Assembly (NCBI GenBank): GCA_031411295.1
Contig: JANOAV010000044.1
Location: 1 to 64,000, forward strand
DNA from: Verrucomicrobiales bacterium
GTDB lineage: Bacteria; Verrucomicrobiota; Verrucomicrobiia; Verrucomicrobiales; V1-33
Reading direction: 5' to 3'
Length of the DNA: 64,000 bases
Position 1 is the first letter of the stretch. Every line of letters starts with the position of its first letter. Both the position numbers and the translations under genes were made by a program. Below, piece after piece: positions 1-9,572 of this stretch. The notes beneath the pieces are model-generated. The model was given only the letters and a program-made list of their open reading frames with translations, did no database searches and was not told the DNA's origin.

Positions 1-279
1 CGAAATTGGAAAAGAATGCGGGAAGCGGCAGGGAGTTATGGGGCATCCGCCCAATCCATCAGAAGCTGGCAGGGCGCCATGGGAAATTACAGAATTCCAG
101 ATATTTTTGAATCCTTAAAGGCATTGGCTTTTAAGCGGAGCCTCCCGTCTAACAAACCATGCCCAGCGGCGCTCCCTGTTCCTCCGCCTAAAGCGCGGAA
201 CTCCAACTCGTGTTGCCATCATTTTCCTCCTGAGGCCAGCTAGTTTCTCCGCAGGTCAGGATGTCTGAGTCTGGCCCCG

Positions 280-1551
280 CTACCGCTTCCCACCCAGCAA
301 ACGCTGTTGCGTGGCTGCCGGAAGGCCGCTGTTGGGAATCCAGGCGGTGGCCGCGGCGGGATCTTTCTTCAGGTAGGCTTCGGCGGATAGGGCCAGCACA
401 TCCTGCCGTCCTTTGGGATTGGTGATCTGATTGGCCCAAGTGATGGCGGACACGGGGTCTTCCCAGCGATAACTGTAAACCATGCCGCCGATGGCGTTGT
501 TCCGGTTCTCGGATGGCGGCATCGCGACGATGCGTTGACTGGCGGCCAAAGGATCGGATTTGGCCCAGCCCGCAAAGGCAGGCCCGTAGGATTTGCTTTG
601 ATCTCCGCTGAGCGTATCCAGCCATTTAGCCGCGGCGGCCCCATCGCGTGAGCCCCATTCGGAACTGATGCCATAGACTGCGGCACTGCCGCCGTTCTGG
701 CCTGCCAGGGGCGTGGCCCAGGCTGCGGCAGCAGCGGGATCTTGGCGGACTTGGTTCCGGGCAATTTCATAGAACGCATGATTGCGCAACTCCCCCTCTG
801 GCAGGCCACTGGCCCAGTTCGTAGCGGCACCAGTCCCGCTGGAGGTTAGCATTTTCTCCGTCACAATCCCCATCATTTGCTTGGCGCGGGGATCCCCGGC
901 GGCTCCCAGCGACAAGACGAAATCAGACGCCAGTGTGGGATTCGCGATCGCCAGTCCGTGCACGTAAGCCTCCTTGAGTCTCTCCCGGGTCGGGCCTTTG
1001 CCTCCTTTCTCCTCCAGGGAATCAAACCACGCTTTGGCCGCTGCAGGATTGGCGGAGGCCCAACCGGCCATGGAAGGAGCCATGTCGGACTTGTCGGTCT
1101 CTGCCCCATGCATCACCGCATCCTTGCCGCCGATCCGCCCCCAGGCGTAATGGAAATCGCGAAACTCAGGATCGTTGAAATCGAGATGGGCGATCTGCTC
1201 CCGGATCTCCAGCGCGTTCTCCGCCGTCAAGCCTGCCAGCAGCTTGGCGAATAATGCACGCTTCACCAGCGGGTCGGTGGCATTCCGAAATTGTTCTCCC
1301 AGGTCAGTAATGTCCTCATAAGCTAGAGGGACGCTGGCGGCCCCAGGATCCAGGACTTGAGCCGCCTTGGAGGTAACTTCAGCGCCCTCTTTCCGCATCT
1401 TTTCATCCGGGGACATGGCAGCGGAAGCAACCTCAGTTTCTCCCGCCTGGTTCCCTTGGTTTGCAGACTGTGGTTTCATCCACCAACCGAGCGCGAACGC
1501 CCCGACGGTGAAAGTAATCCAGATGAGGGTAGATAAGGTGGGTTTCTTCAT
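280..1551 (-). CDS. Membrane-anchored helical-repeat hypothetical protein (Verrucomicrobia-type 'DPxAAxxW' repeats)
   Basis: Long ORF. N-terminal hydrophobic segment (LIWITFTVGAFALGWW) and repeated W-x3-(D/N)P-x-AA-x2-W helical units. Start placed at MKKPTL (alternative 1578). Confidence 0.75.
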   Translation of the reverse strand: MKKPTLSTLIWITFTVGAFALGWWMKPQSANQGNQAGETEVASAAMSPDEKMRKEGAEVTSKAAQVLDPGAASVPLAYEDITDLGEQFRNATDPLVKRALFAKLLAGLTAENALEIREQIAHLDFNDPEFRDFHYAWGRIGGKDAVMHGAETDKSDMAPSMAGWASANPAAAKAWFDSLEEKGGKGPTRERLKEAYVHGLAIANPTLASDFVLSLGAAGDPRAKQMMGIVTEKMLTSSGTGAATNWASGLPEGELRNHAFYEIARNQVRQDPAAAAAWATPLAGQNGGSAAVYGISSEWGSRDGAAAAKWLDTLSGDQSKSYGPAFAGWAKSDPLAASQRIVAMPPSENRNNAIGGMVYSYRWEDPVSAITWANQITNPKGRQDVLALSAEAYLKKDPAAATAWIPNSGLPAATQQRLLGGKR

Positions 1552-1751
1552 GTGGCTTGGTGGAACAAATGGGCGCATGGGCTGCAGATCGGCAAACTAT
1601 GCCGCAGCATCTTCAAGGACCGAACTGGAAATTTCGACTCTTTCACGGGAACAGTCTCAGCCATGCTGCCCGGTGGTGAGCCTTGGGGCGGGGCGTAACG
1701 AACGCGATGATCAAGTGACAGAAAAGTAAAGTCGCTGGCTTCGTGGTAGCG

Positions 1752-4238
1752 TTATTGACTGCTCATTTCCATCCCCGCCAGCTTCATCGCCTCGGCTTCG
1801 TCCAGGCCGTCGAGGTTGAGGACGGCAATATCACGGAAGGCATCGCAGTTTGGTCCACGGATGGCGATGTCGCCAGTGGTCGGTCCATCGGGTGTGATTT
1901 CGCATTGGACCGTGGTGCCGTTGCAGCGGGCGATGAGATGGGTGCCCACGGCAATGAATTCAATCGTGAACGGTGTCCCCGCCGGCACGGCGTTGGGCAG
2001 CAGTGTTTGGGCGAGTTTCTGATACTCATTCGGGTCGTCTTTCGGCTTTGATCCGTTGTGCTGTAAGACGACGAACTTCGTGCCTTCGCGATAGAGTTGA
2101 GCGGTCAGGCTGCCATTGTCTTTTCTGCGCAGTGCGATTTCAGGCATCTTTTCACTGACGGGACGATTGCGAAAGGTGACGCGCAGGCCCCAGTTCCGGC
2201 CTTTGGCCCCGGGAATATCGGTTCTCGTTCGCGATTCAGGCAGGGTGCTCCAGCCTTCGGGGTCGGTGATCAGCTCCTTTTCGTGAAGAGCTTCGGGCGG
2301 GATGCGCGTCCATTGGCCGACAGGAAAGCTCTGCGTCGCAACGGCGCGCGCCGCCATCTCCGATCCCGCGAGCACACAACGGAAGCCGCAATGGTGTTTG
2401 CGATCCTCGGTTGGATAGTGGTTGCGATACGACGAGCGCACAGAGCCGGAACTGCCGTTCACCCATGACGCACCGCGCAGCACCCGTTCTTTACGCTCCG
2501 CATCGAACCAATCCTCGCACCACTGCCAGACGTTGCCGCCCATATCGTGGAGTCCGAAACGATTCGCTGCGAAGCTGTCCACGGGCGAGGTTCCGGCAAA
2601 GCCGTCGTGGTAGCCGGGCAAGTCGTGACTGACCGCCCACCGGTATTTCCCCGCTGCCAGCGGGTCATGCAGTTCCTCGCTCTGGTAGTTGCCGGTGTTG
2701 TCCGGCGGCGGCCACGTGCTGGCCCACGGAAAGATATCTCCTAGCTTTTTATCATTCTGATCCGGCAGCAGCGCGGCGTCCTCTTGCTCTCCGATGCCCA
2801 CTCCACAGCTCCACTCGTGATCGCTGGGCAGGCGATAGCGCTCGTTTGCACCGAGCTTGCCGGCTTTGCGCTCGCGCTCCGTCAGCCACGCGCAGAAGGC
2901 CGTTGCGTCGTCCCAGCTTACATTGACCGCCGGGTGGGTGGGGCCTTGCACGAACTCCGGCTTCTGCCAGTCACGCTTGGTCTCGGTGGCGAAGGTCGTG
3001 TAGTCTTGCACCCGCGTGTCCCACACGCTGAAAAGCACGCGCTGCCCGCCGGTCGGCCCGCCTTTGATCGGCACGGGGACGAACTTCATGCCGAGGGTGT
3101 TCACGAAGGGCACGTCCTTGGTGGCGGCGGAGGTGGTCCTCACAGTCACCTGTGCGGTTGTTGCGGATGGCTCTACCGGCTCTGACCGCACAGAGGACTG
3201 TGCGGACCACTTTGCTGGTTTCTTCATCACAGCGAACGCGCCAATTCCGATGACCGCGACGATGGCAATCCAAGCAGCCACTCGCATTCGCCCAGCACGC
3301 TTCATTGGTTCTGTGCGGTGCGAGTTCATGCCCGGAGCGACTTTATCCACCGCCGTCTTCATCGCCGTCGCCGTGCTGTAACGCTGCTCGCGGTTGGTTT
3401 GCAGCGCCTTGTCCACGATCGCATCCAGGCGCTTGTCCACTTCGGGAGCGACGCTGCTGGGTGCGGAAAACTTTCCACGCGGGATCTGTCCGGTGAGCAT
3501 TTGGTAGAGCATCACTCCGACCGCGTAGATATCGGCGCGCTGGTCCACTTGCGTGCCGAGGATGTGGGCCTCGGGTGCGATGAACTCGGGCGTGCCCACG
3601 GTGGCCGTGGCGCTGGAAAAGAAGGACGCGTCCGCGTTCACCAGCTTTGCCAAACCGAAGTCCGCCACCTTCACGCGGCCCTTGCGGTCAAGCATGATGT
3701 TGGAGGGCTTGATATCGCGGTGGATGACGCCCTCCTCGTGCGCAAAGGCCAGCGCCTCGCACACGGCGCTGGTGATCTGAATGGCGCGTCTTGGCTCGAC
3801 CATGCCCTCCTGCGCGATGAGCTGGCCCACGTCCGTGCCGTCGATGAACTCCATCACAATGTAGAGCCATCCCTCCGCATTTTCTCCGGCCTCATACACC
3901 GTGACGATGTTCGGATGCGTGAGCCGCGCCATGGTCTGCGCCTCTTGTTTGAAGCGCTCGGAGAATTGACGGTCGCCGTCGTCGATGCCCGGTGGCAGCA
4001 CCTTGATGGCCACGGTGCGGTGCAGGGTTTTCTGCGTGCCCTTGTAAACCGCGCCCATGCCGCCGCGCGCGATGAACCCGCTGATCTCATACTGCGGCAG
4101 TGCTTGTCGCAGCTCCTCCACACTCGGCGGTCGCCAGCTTGCGGGCTGGCACGCCTGTATCGTCTCATCCAGCGCGTCATCCAGCCCAATGCGTAAGAGT
4201 GCGCAGATGTCGTCATCGGGATTGTCAGGATCTGTCAT
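1752..4238 (-). CDS. Hanks-type Ser/Thr protein kinase with TM helix, FGE-sulfatase (SUMF1/C-type lectin-like) domain and C-terminal beta-sandwich
   Basis: Kinase motifs ARGGMGAVY, VAIKVL, HRDIKPSN, DFGLAK, GTPEFIAPE; TM VAAWIAIVAVIGIGAFAVM; FGE motifs HPAVNVSWDDA, YRLPSDHEW, NRFGLHDMGGNVWQWC, RGASW, GFRCV. Confidence 0.93.
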   Translation of the reverse strand: MTDPDNPDDDICALLRIGLDDALDETIQACQPASWRPPSVEELRQALPQYEISGFIARGGMGAVYKGTQKTLHRTVAIKVLPPGIDDGDRQFSERFKQEAQTMARLTHPNIVTVYEAGENAEGWLYIVMEFIDGTDVGQLIAQEGMVEPRRAIQITSAVCEALAFAHEEGVIHRDIKPSNIMLDRKGRVKVADFGLAKLVNADASFFSSATATVGTPEFIAPEAHILGTQVDQRADIYAVGVMLYQMLTGQIPRGKFSAPSSVAPEVDKRLDAIVDKALQTNREQRYSTATAMKTAVDKVAPGMNSHRTEPMKRAGRMRVAAWIAIVAVIGIGAFAVMKKPAKWSAQSSVRSEPVEPSATTAQVTVRTTSAATKDVPFVNTLGMKFVPVPIKGGPTGGQRVLFSVWDTRVQDYTTFATETKRDWQKPEFVQGPTHPAVNVSWDDATAFCAWLTERERKAGKLGANERYRLPSDHEWSCGVGIGEQEDAALLPDQNDKKLGDIFPWASTWPPPDNTGNYQSEELHDPLAAGKYRWAVSHDLPGYHDGFAGTSPVDSFAANRFGLHDMGGNVWQWCEDWFDAERKERVLRGASWVNGSSGSVRSSYRNHYPTEDRKHHCGFRCVLAGSEMAARAVATQSFPVGQWTRIPPEALHEKELITDPEGWSTLPESRTRTDIPGAKGRNWGLRVTFRNRPVSEKMPEIALRRKDNGSLTAQLYREGTKFVVLQHNGSKPKDDPNEYQKLAQTLLPNAVPAGTPFTIEFIAVGTHLIARCNGTTVQCEITPDGPTTGDIAIRGPNCDAFRDIAVLNLDGLDEAEAMKLAGMEMSSQ

Positions 4239-4303
4239 AGCGGGAGAATGCGGTTGCTTAGCATGAGCGGCGTTTCGACTTTAGTCATGCAGTATTTCTA
4301 ATG

Positions 4304-4331
4304 CTTTACCCCGCCCGGCACAGAATATGTC
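4304..4331 (-). promoter_or_regulatory. Putative ECF sigma promoter, copy 1 (GACATA-N8-CGGGC-GGGGTAAAG), upstream of the kinase
   Basis: The minus strand reads GACATATTCTGTGCCGGGCGGGGTAAAG, 65 nt upstream of the kinase ATG. Same two boxes and same spacing as the copies at 5822 and 9594. Confidence 0.7.
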
Positions 4332-4695
4332 AAAATAAATGTGCCGTTAGGCTTTCGAAGGGGAATTACCGATTGCAGATCCCTCGCCCCCCAAGTAGCT
4401 TGTCAGCCATGCAATCCGCCATCCTGGCCGGCAACCTCGGCACGTCCGAGCATTTCTCACCGCTGTTCATAACCGCGCGGCCGCTGGGACTTGGTGCCAA
4501 GCGCGAGTTCTGCAGGCTCCCAGTGCCGCCCCCCGCGCGATGCGGTGGCGCTGGCGGCAACGACAACAGCGCGCGGGCACGTTTTGCAATCTGGGAACGC
4601 AGGGCCGCGGGGCACAGCCCGGACATCCAGGAGCCGCACGATGCCTTCGCTCGGGGGCTACCCGTCGTGCGACAAGGGTTCACTTCCCTCTCCTG

Positions 4696-5430
4696 ATGAC
4701 GCCCACGCCTCCATCCAACAACTCCTTCCCGGACACCCGGTGGTCGTTCGTCATCCGCCTCCGCAGTGAGGACGTCATCGAAGCCAGACGGGCGCTGGAG
4801 GACATCTTTCGCGCTTATCGCTACCCACTTTATGGCTACTTGCGCGGGAGCCAGATGAATCATGAGGACGCTGAGGATGTGCTCCAGGGCTTCTTCGAGA
4901 AAATGCTCCGCACGGACTCGCTCGGCACCGCCAATCCCGCCCGTGGCAAGCTTCGCACCTTTCTCCTCACTTCTCTCTCCCGCTTCAAATCCAACTTTCA
5001 CCGTGGCGAGCGCCGACGTCACCAGCGTGTGCGCAGCGAGGCCGATCTGCGGAGCGAGGACGAAGCCCGCTGGCTGCGCGATCGACACGCCACGCAGGAG
5101 ACACCCGAGCACATCTTCGACCGCCGCTGGGCCTCCGATCTCATCGCTCTCGTGCGCACGCGTCTCCGGGCTGACTACAGCGGACGTGACAAACTCCCGC
5201 TGCACGATGCCTTGTCACCCTTGATCAATAGTAACCAGCCGGAGACGGAAACGTTCATCGCCATCGCCACCCGGCTGAGTATGACCGAGAACGCCCTCCG
5301 TCTCGCCCTCAGCCGCCTGCGCAAAGATTTCGGACGGCTGCTGCTCGTGGAGGTCAACCTCACCCTCGATGAAGGCGACGACGTGCGGCAGGAAATCCGG
5401 CATCTGCTCGCGGCGTTTCAGCAACCATAG
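4696..5430 (+). CDS. ECF sigma-70 factor of the kinase-associated PVC type
   Basis: N-terminal FPDTRWSFV, YRYPLYGYLR, HEDAEDVLQGFF, RGKLRTFLL (region 2), FDRRWA, and a region-4 HTH (IATRLSMTENALRLALSRLR). Start at ATG 4696 (MTPTPP). Confidence 0.9.
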   Translation: MTPTPPSNNSFPDTRWSFVIRLRSEDVIEARRALEDIFRAYRYPLYGYLRGSQMNHEDAEDVLQGFFEKMLRTDSLGTANPARGKLRTFLLTSLSRFKSNFHRGERRRHQRVRSEADLRSEDEARWLRDRHATQETPEHIFDRRWASDLIALVRTRLRADYSGRDKLPLHDALSPLINSNQPETETFIAIATRLSMTENALRLALSRLRKDFGRLLLVEVNLTLDEGDDVRQEIRHLLAAFQQP

Positions 5431-5800
5431 AAGGCATCAGTCCTCGCGTGGGTCCAGTCACCCGTCAGCGCAGCGTCCTTCACGAATCTTGCCCGCATCT
5501 GGGAAGTAGCGCTCACGGCATCAGGTTTGGTAATTTCCCAAAGCTTCACGGGGGCGAACCGATTGCGTTCAGCAGGGGAATCTGTGGGCCTTCCTGAGCC
5601 GAGCCCCGCGCCAGACGAAGCCAAGCTGGTGGAGCAAATGAAAATATAAACGCTGCGTTCTCTGCTCCTGAGCCCCTCTGCGGGAAACCGAACCGAATGG
5701 AGCATCCTTCGAGGCATATCGCTCCACTGGCAGGCCTGCCGGACCCAGAGTCGTGACCTGTCTTTTTCTGGTCAAAACACCTCCCAATCCACACCCGTGA

Positions 5801-5851
5801 AAAAAAACTTTCGCCAATCTCGACATAAATTTCATCGGCCGGGGTAAAGAC
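5801..5851 (+). repeat. 51-bp direct repeat, copy A (partner 9573..9623), containing putative ECF promoter copy 2 at 5822..5849
   Basis: aaaaaaactttcgccaatctcgacataaatttcatcggccggggtaaagac; 50/51 identical to 9573..9623; directly upstream of the gene at 5886. Confidence 0.9.
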
Positions 5852-5885
5852 ATGGTGCCGACCACAACGCAAACCAAAACACACC

Positions 5886-8800
5886 ATGAAAATACCAATC
5901 AAAACATCAAACGCCCTTTGCGGACTCGAATCCGCACCGCGCTTACCACTGCTCGCGCGCTTCGGCATCGTGAGTTCCTCAGATGCACCAGCGGGCGCTC
6001 ATCGTCGCTCCGCTTTGCCGCGGAGCTTCGCCACCGCAGCCAAGTCCGTTCGCTCAATCGCTGGCGGCTTCACTCTTGCGCTGGCCCTGGCTTGCCTCTT
6101 CCTCTTCGCTGCGACCACTGCGCAGGCCGCCGGGGAGAAGGTGTTGCTTATCTACGACACGCTCGCAGGTGACACGCCCAGTCTGAAGGCATACCTCCAG
6201 GCCAACGGCTGCATCGTCACCTACAGTGCGGCAGGGAAGACTGGCTACAATGGAACCAACCCGAGTCCCACCGGCTTCAACACCATTATCCTGCTCAACG
6301 GCACCACTTATGGCCAGGTGATGCCTGCCGGTGGACGCACCGCCCTGCTCAATTTCGTTTCCTTGGGCGGTGGTTACATCGGCGGCGAGTGGACTGCCTA
6401 TGATATCGATAATGTTGGCGTTAATACGGATCTGGCCCCGATTACCCCGCTGACCCGCACGTCGTCCCAATCGACTCCAATCATCAATCCAGTTGCAGGG
6501 CAATCCGCGCACCCGGTGCTGGCTGGAGTAGCGTTTCCCATGTCGGCGCCAGGCTGGTGGAATGTCGGTGGCCTTCGCACCTTTGCCACCAATCCCGCAG
6601 TCGCCTTGGCGATCGCGACCGGTGGATCAGTCGCCGTGGCTACTCGCCAATATGGAAATGGGAAGGTCGTCGGTTTTGGTTCCGCCGGGAATTATACGAG
6701 CGGCGTTCTATCCAATGCCAATGTCCAACGCCTCTACCTGAACGCAGTGCGTTGGACTTCCGGGACTTCCGGCAACACCCCGCCCATCGCCAACGCCGGA
6801 CCGAGCCGCTCTGTCTTTGACACGGACAACAATGACGTGTCCACAGTTGTCACGCTGAATGGCAGCGCGAGCAGTGATCCCGAGGGTGCCACGCTTACCT
6901 ATTCCTGGACTCAGATACCCACGGCTACCGTGGCGTTAACAGGAGCGAACACCCCGATGCCGACTTTCACCGCCCCTGATCTGCACAACCACCCGAGCGG
7001 CCAGCCGCAACCCATCCCTCTCACGTTTCGCCTCGTTGTCAGCGATGGTTCATTGACCAGCGCTGCGAACGTGACCATCACCGTGGTGCATAACAACCTG
7101 CCACCGGTGGCGAATGCTAGCGCAACGATTTCGCAGCAGGACGAGGGCACTATCACACTGAACGGTCAACTGAGCACCGATGCCGATCAGGATAGCCTGA
7201 GCTACACCTGGGCAACCGGAGCGCCGGGCGTGGTCATTACGCCGAATGGCACGAATGCATTTGCCTCCATCTTCAATTACACGATCAACGCACCGCACTC
7301 GAATCCAGGCGAGACGCTCGGCTTCACCCTCACGGTGAGCGACGGCATCGCGAGCAGCAGCACACCTGTGCCGGTTTTTGTGCGGAACGTGAACCATGCA
7401 CCCACGGCGAGCGCCGCTCCGGTGGACCCGGTCTTTGACAATGTGGGACTGGTCAGTCTCAGCGGCGAGGGCTTGGACTCCGATGGTGACACCGTGAACC
7501 TGCACTGGGTGCAAGTCGCCGGCCCGAGCGTGACGCTGAACGCCGACACCACGGCGACTCCTTCCTTCACCGCGCCACCCGTCACCACAGCCCAGGGCAG
7601 CGTGACGCTCACCTTCCAATTGATCGCCAATGACTCGAACGGCCCCGGCGACACCGCCGCGCTGAGCAGCCTGCCCGCGAGCGTGGATGTGCTCGTGAAG
7701 CACGCCAATCGCGCACCCATCGCCGACGCCGGCCAGACCCGAGATGTGCCCGAGCAATCCTCCGTCACACTCGACGGCTCCGGCAGTTACGATCCCGACC
7801 AGGATCCGCTGACCTATGCCTGGCAACAGGTCGGCACCCAGACCGTGACGCTCGACGTGACCGATCCGGTGCATCCGACATTCACAGCCCCGAACGTGGG
7901 ACCTGCGGGAGAAACGCTGACCTTCCGACTCATCGTCACCGACACCGCGCCGATAGGTTCCGGCGGCAATCTCAGCTCCAGTCCGAGCACCGTCGTGATC
8001 AACGTCAAGTATGTGAACCAGTCACCCGTGGCCGTAGCCGCAGCGACACCACCAGCGAATGAAGGAAGCATAGTCACGCTCGATGGCTCGCAGAGTTCCG
8101 ATCCCGATGGCAACGCCTTCACTTATCAATGGACACCGTCCGCCGGGTTGGACTTGACCGATCCCGCGCATCCCACCTTCACCGCTCCCGAGGTGGACCG
8201 CTTCGGCGGCACCGCGACCTTCACACTGCAAGTCACCGACGAGTTCGGCGCCGTGAGCAACGTCGCCACGACCTCCGTCGTGATCAACAACGTGAACCAC
8301 GCGCCCACGGCTGATGCAGGTCTGCTGCAGAGCGTGCCGGAGAACACCGCGATCGGTCTCGGCGGTCTCGGCTATGATCTCGACAGCGAGGAGCAGCCGC
8401 TGCTCACCTATGCCTGGGTGCAGGTCGGCCCACCGACCGTGACACTGGTCGGCGCAGACACGCCGACGCCCACCTTCACCACACCCACGGTGACCGCTGG
8501 CGGGGACCCGAATGCCTCCGTCACGCTGAAATTCAAACTCACGGTGACTGATCCGAACAACGCCTCCGGCAGTGCCGAGACCACCGTGGTCGTGAAGAAC
8601 GAAGACCATGCCCCGCTCGCGAATGCTGGCGGCATTTCCGTTGCCAACGAAGCAACGGTCGTGACCCTCAACGGCAACGGCAGCAGCGATCCCGATGGCG
8701 ACACACTCAGTTACTCATGGCAGCAGGTCCCCGCACCGCTGGTGCCGATGGTGACGCTGTCGAACGCGAACACCGCCACGCCTTCATTCACCGCGCCGTT

Positions 8801-9299
8801 TGTCAATGCCGCCGGACTCACACTCAAGTTCAGGCTCACCGTCAACGACGGCTACGGCGGCACCTCCACCGACACCGCCACCGTGACGGTGGTGAACACC
8901 AACGACGCACCGACCTTGTCCAATCCGCAGGCCAGCCTCGGCAGCCTGTGGGCACCGGACCATCGCCTGGTCAAAGTGTCCATACTCGGAGTCGTGGACC
9001 CCAACAACAACGCCACCATCACCATCACCGGCGTGACGCAAGACGAAGCCACCAACGGCCTCGGCGATGGCGACACCGCGATCGACGCGATCATCAATGC
9101 CGATGGCACCGTGATGCTCCGCGCCGAGCGCTCCGGCAAAGGCAACGGCCGCGTGTATCACATTCATTTCACCGCCTCCGACCCCGAGAGCCAGGCCCTC
9201 GGCACCAGCGTCTCAGGCATCGTGAAGGTGAGCGTGCCCCACAGCAAGAAGACCGACGCAGCCATCGACGGTGGCGAACTCTTCGACTCGACACACTAA
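5886..9299 (+). CDS. Large secreted protein: GATase/ThuA-like N-terminal domain, 7 PKD/K319-like Ig repeats and a C-terminal 'WAPDHRL...LRAERSG' domain
   Basis: Long leader ending in a hydrophobic stretch and AQA. Repeats begin N-x-x-P-x-A-x-A (NTPPIANAG, NLPPVANA, NHAPTASA, NRAPIADAG, NQSPVAVA, NHAPTADAG, DHAPLANAG) and contain LDGSxSxDPDGDxLTYxW and PTFTAP. Confidence 0.85.
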   Translation: MKIPIKTSNALCGLESAPRLPLLARFGIVSSSDAPAGAHRRSALPRSFATAAKSVRSIAGGFTLALALACLFLFAATTAQAAGEKVLLIYDTLAGDTPSLKAYLQANGCIVTYSAAGKTGYNGTNPSPTGFNTIILLNGTTYGQVMPAGGRTALLNFVSLGGGYIGGEWTAYDIDNVGVNTDLAPITPLTRTSSQSTPIINPVAGQSAHPVLAGVAFPMSAPGWWNVGGLRTFATNPAVALAIATGGSVAVATRQYGNGKVVGFGSAGNYTSGVLSNANVQRLYLNAVRWTSGTSGNTPPIANAGPSRSVFDTDNNDVSTVVTLNGSASSDPEGATLTYSWTQIPTATVALTGANTPMPTFTAPDLHNHPSGQPQPIPLTFRLVVSDGSLTSAANVTITVVHNNLPPVANASATISQQDEGTITLNGQLSTDADQDSLSYTWATGAPGVVITPNGTNAFASIFNYTINAPHSNPGETLGFTLTVSDGIASSSTPVPVFVRNVNHAPTASAAPVDPVFDNVGLVSLSGEGLDSDGDTVNLHWVQVAGPSVTLNADTTATPSFTAPPVTTAQGSVTLTFQLIANDSNGPGDTAALSSLPASVDVLVKHANRAPIADAGQTRDVPEQSSVTLDGSGSYDPDQDPLTYAWQQVGTQTVTLDVTDPVHPTFTAPNVGPAGETLTFRLIVTDTAPIGSGGNLSSSPSTVVINVKYVNQSPVAVAAATPPANEGSIVTLDGSQSSDPDGNAFTYQWTPSAGLDLTDPAHPTFTAPEVDRFGGTATFTLQVTDEFGAVSNVATTSVVINNVNHAPTADAGLLQSVPENTAIGLGGLGYDLDSEEQPLLTYAWVQVGPPTVTLVGADTPTPTFTTPTVTAGGDPNASVTLKFKLTVTDPNNASGSAETTVVVKNEDHAPLANAGGISVANEATVVTLNGNGSSDPDGDTLSYSWQQVPAPLVPMVTLSNANTATPSFTAPFVNAAGLTLKFRLTVNDGYGGTSTDTATVTVVNTNDAPTLSNPQASLGSLWAPDHRLVKVSILGVVDPNNNATITITGVTQDEATNGLGDGDTAIDAIINADGTVMLRAERSGKGNGRVYHIHFTASDPESQALGTSVSGIVKVSVPHSKKTDAAIDGGELFDSTH

Positions 9300-9359
9300 C
9301 GTCGCCAACACGCGAGGCGCGGCAGGGTAAAATCCCCCGCCGCGCCCACCGCAACACTC

Positions 9360-9392
9360 AAGAGCGGGACTCGCAAGGGTCCCGCTCTTTTG
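9360..9392 (+). terminator. Intrinsic terminator hairpin
   Basis: aagagcgggactc-GCAA-gggtcccgctctt followed by T's; GNRA loop; about 60 nt after the stop at 9299. A second hairpin (ggcgcggc...gccgcgcc, 9316..9346) precedes it. Confidence 0.75.
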
Positions 9393-9572
9393 CATCGTGA
9401 CCGCGCCGTGTGACATGAGTTCCCCTCGGAGGAGGGGCCTCCCGGCTGGTCGCTGGATCGAGACTTTCCCTTCGGGACTGCGTAGCAGTCTTGCTCATGA
9501 GAAACCGAGGCTGAAACCCCAGGTCCGACTGACATTCCAGAGGCCTATCCTCCCTCTGAATTCACGCCCACG

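Noticed and set aside
1..46. Possible minus-strand gene start (MPHNSLPLPAFFSNF...) running off the window
   Set aside because: Only 15 codons are visible; insufficient evidence.
2360..2490. FGE-sulfatase C-terminal segment as a DGR variable region
   Set aside because: No template repeat and no reverse transcriptase seen in the window, and the segment is internal to the protein.
4366..4690. Minus-strand 'GLCPAALRSQI' as a lost Cys-rich kinase N-terminus
   Set aside because: Short match, separated from the kinase by stops and by the putative promoter; probably chance.
5919..6030. Decayed REP explaining the long leader of the PKD protein
   Set aside because: Only a 6-bp hairpin (tgcgga...tccgca) and a vague resemblance; no clear inverted pair.
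9305..9332. Possible fourth copy of the ECF promoter motif (...CGGCAGGGTAAAA)
   Set aside because: No GACATA box at the right spacing; it lies in a hairpin upstream of the terminator.
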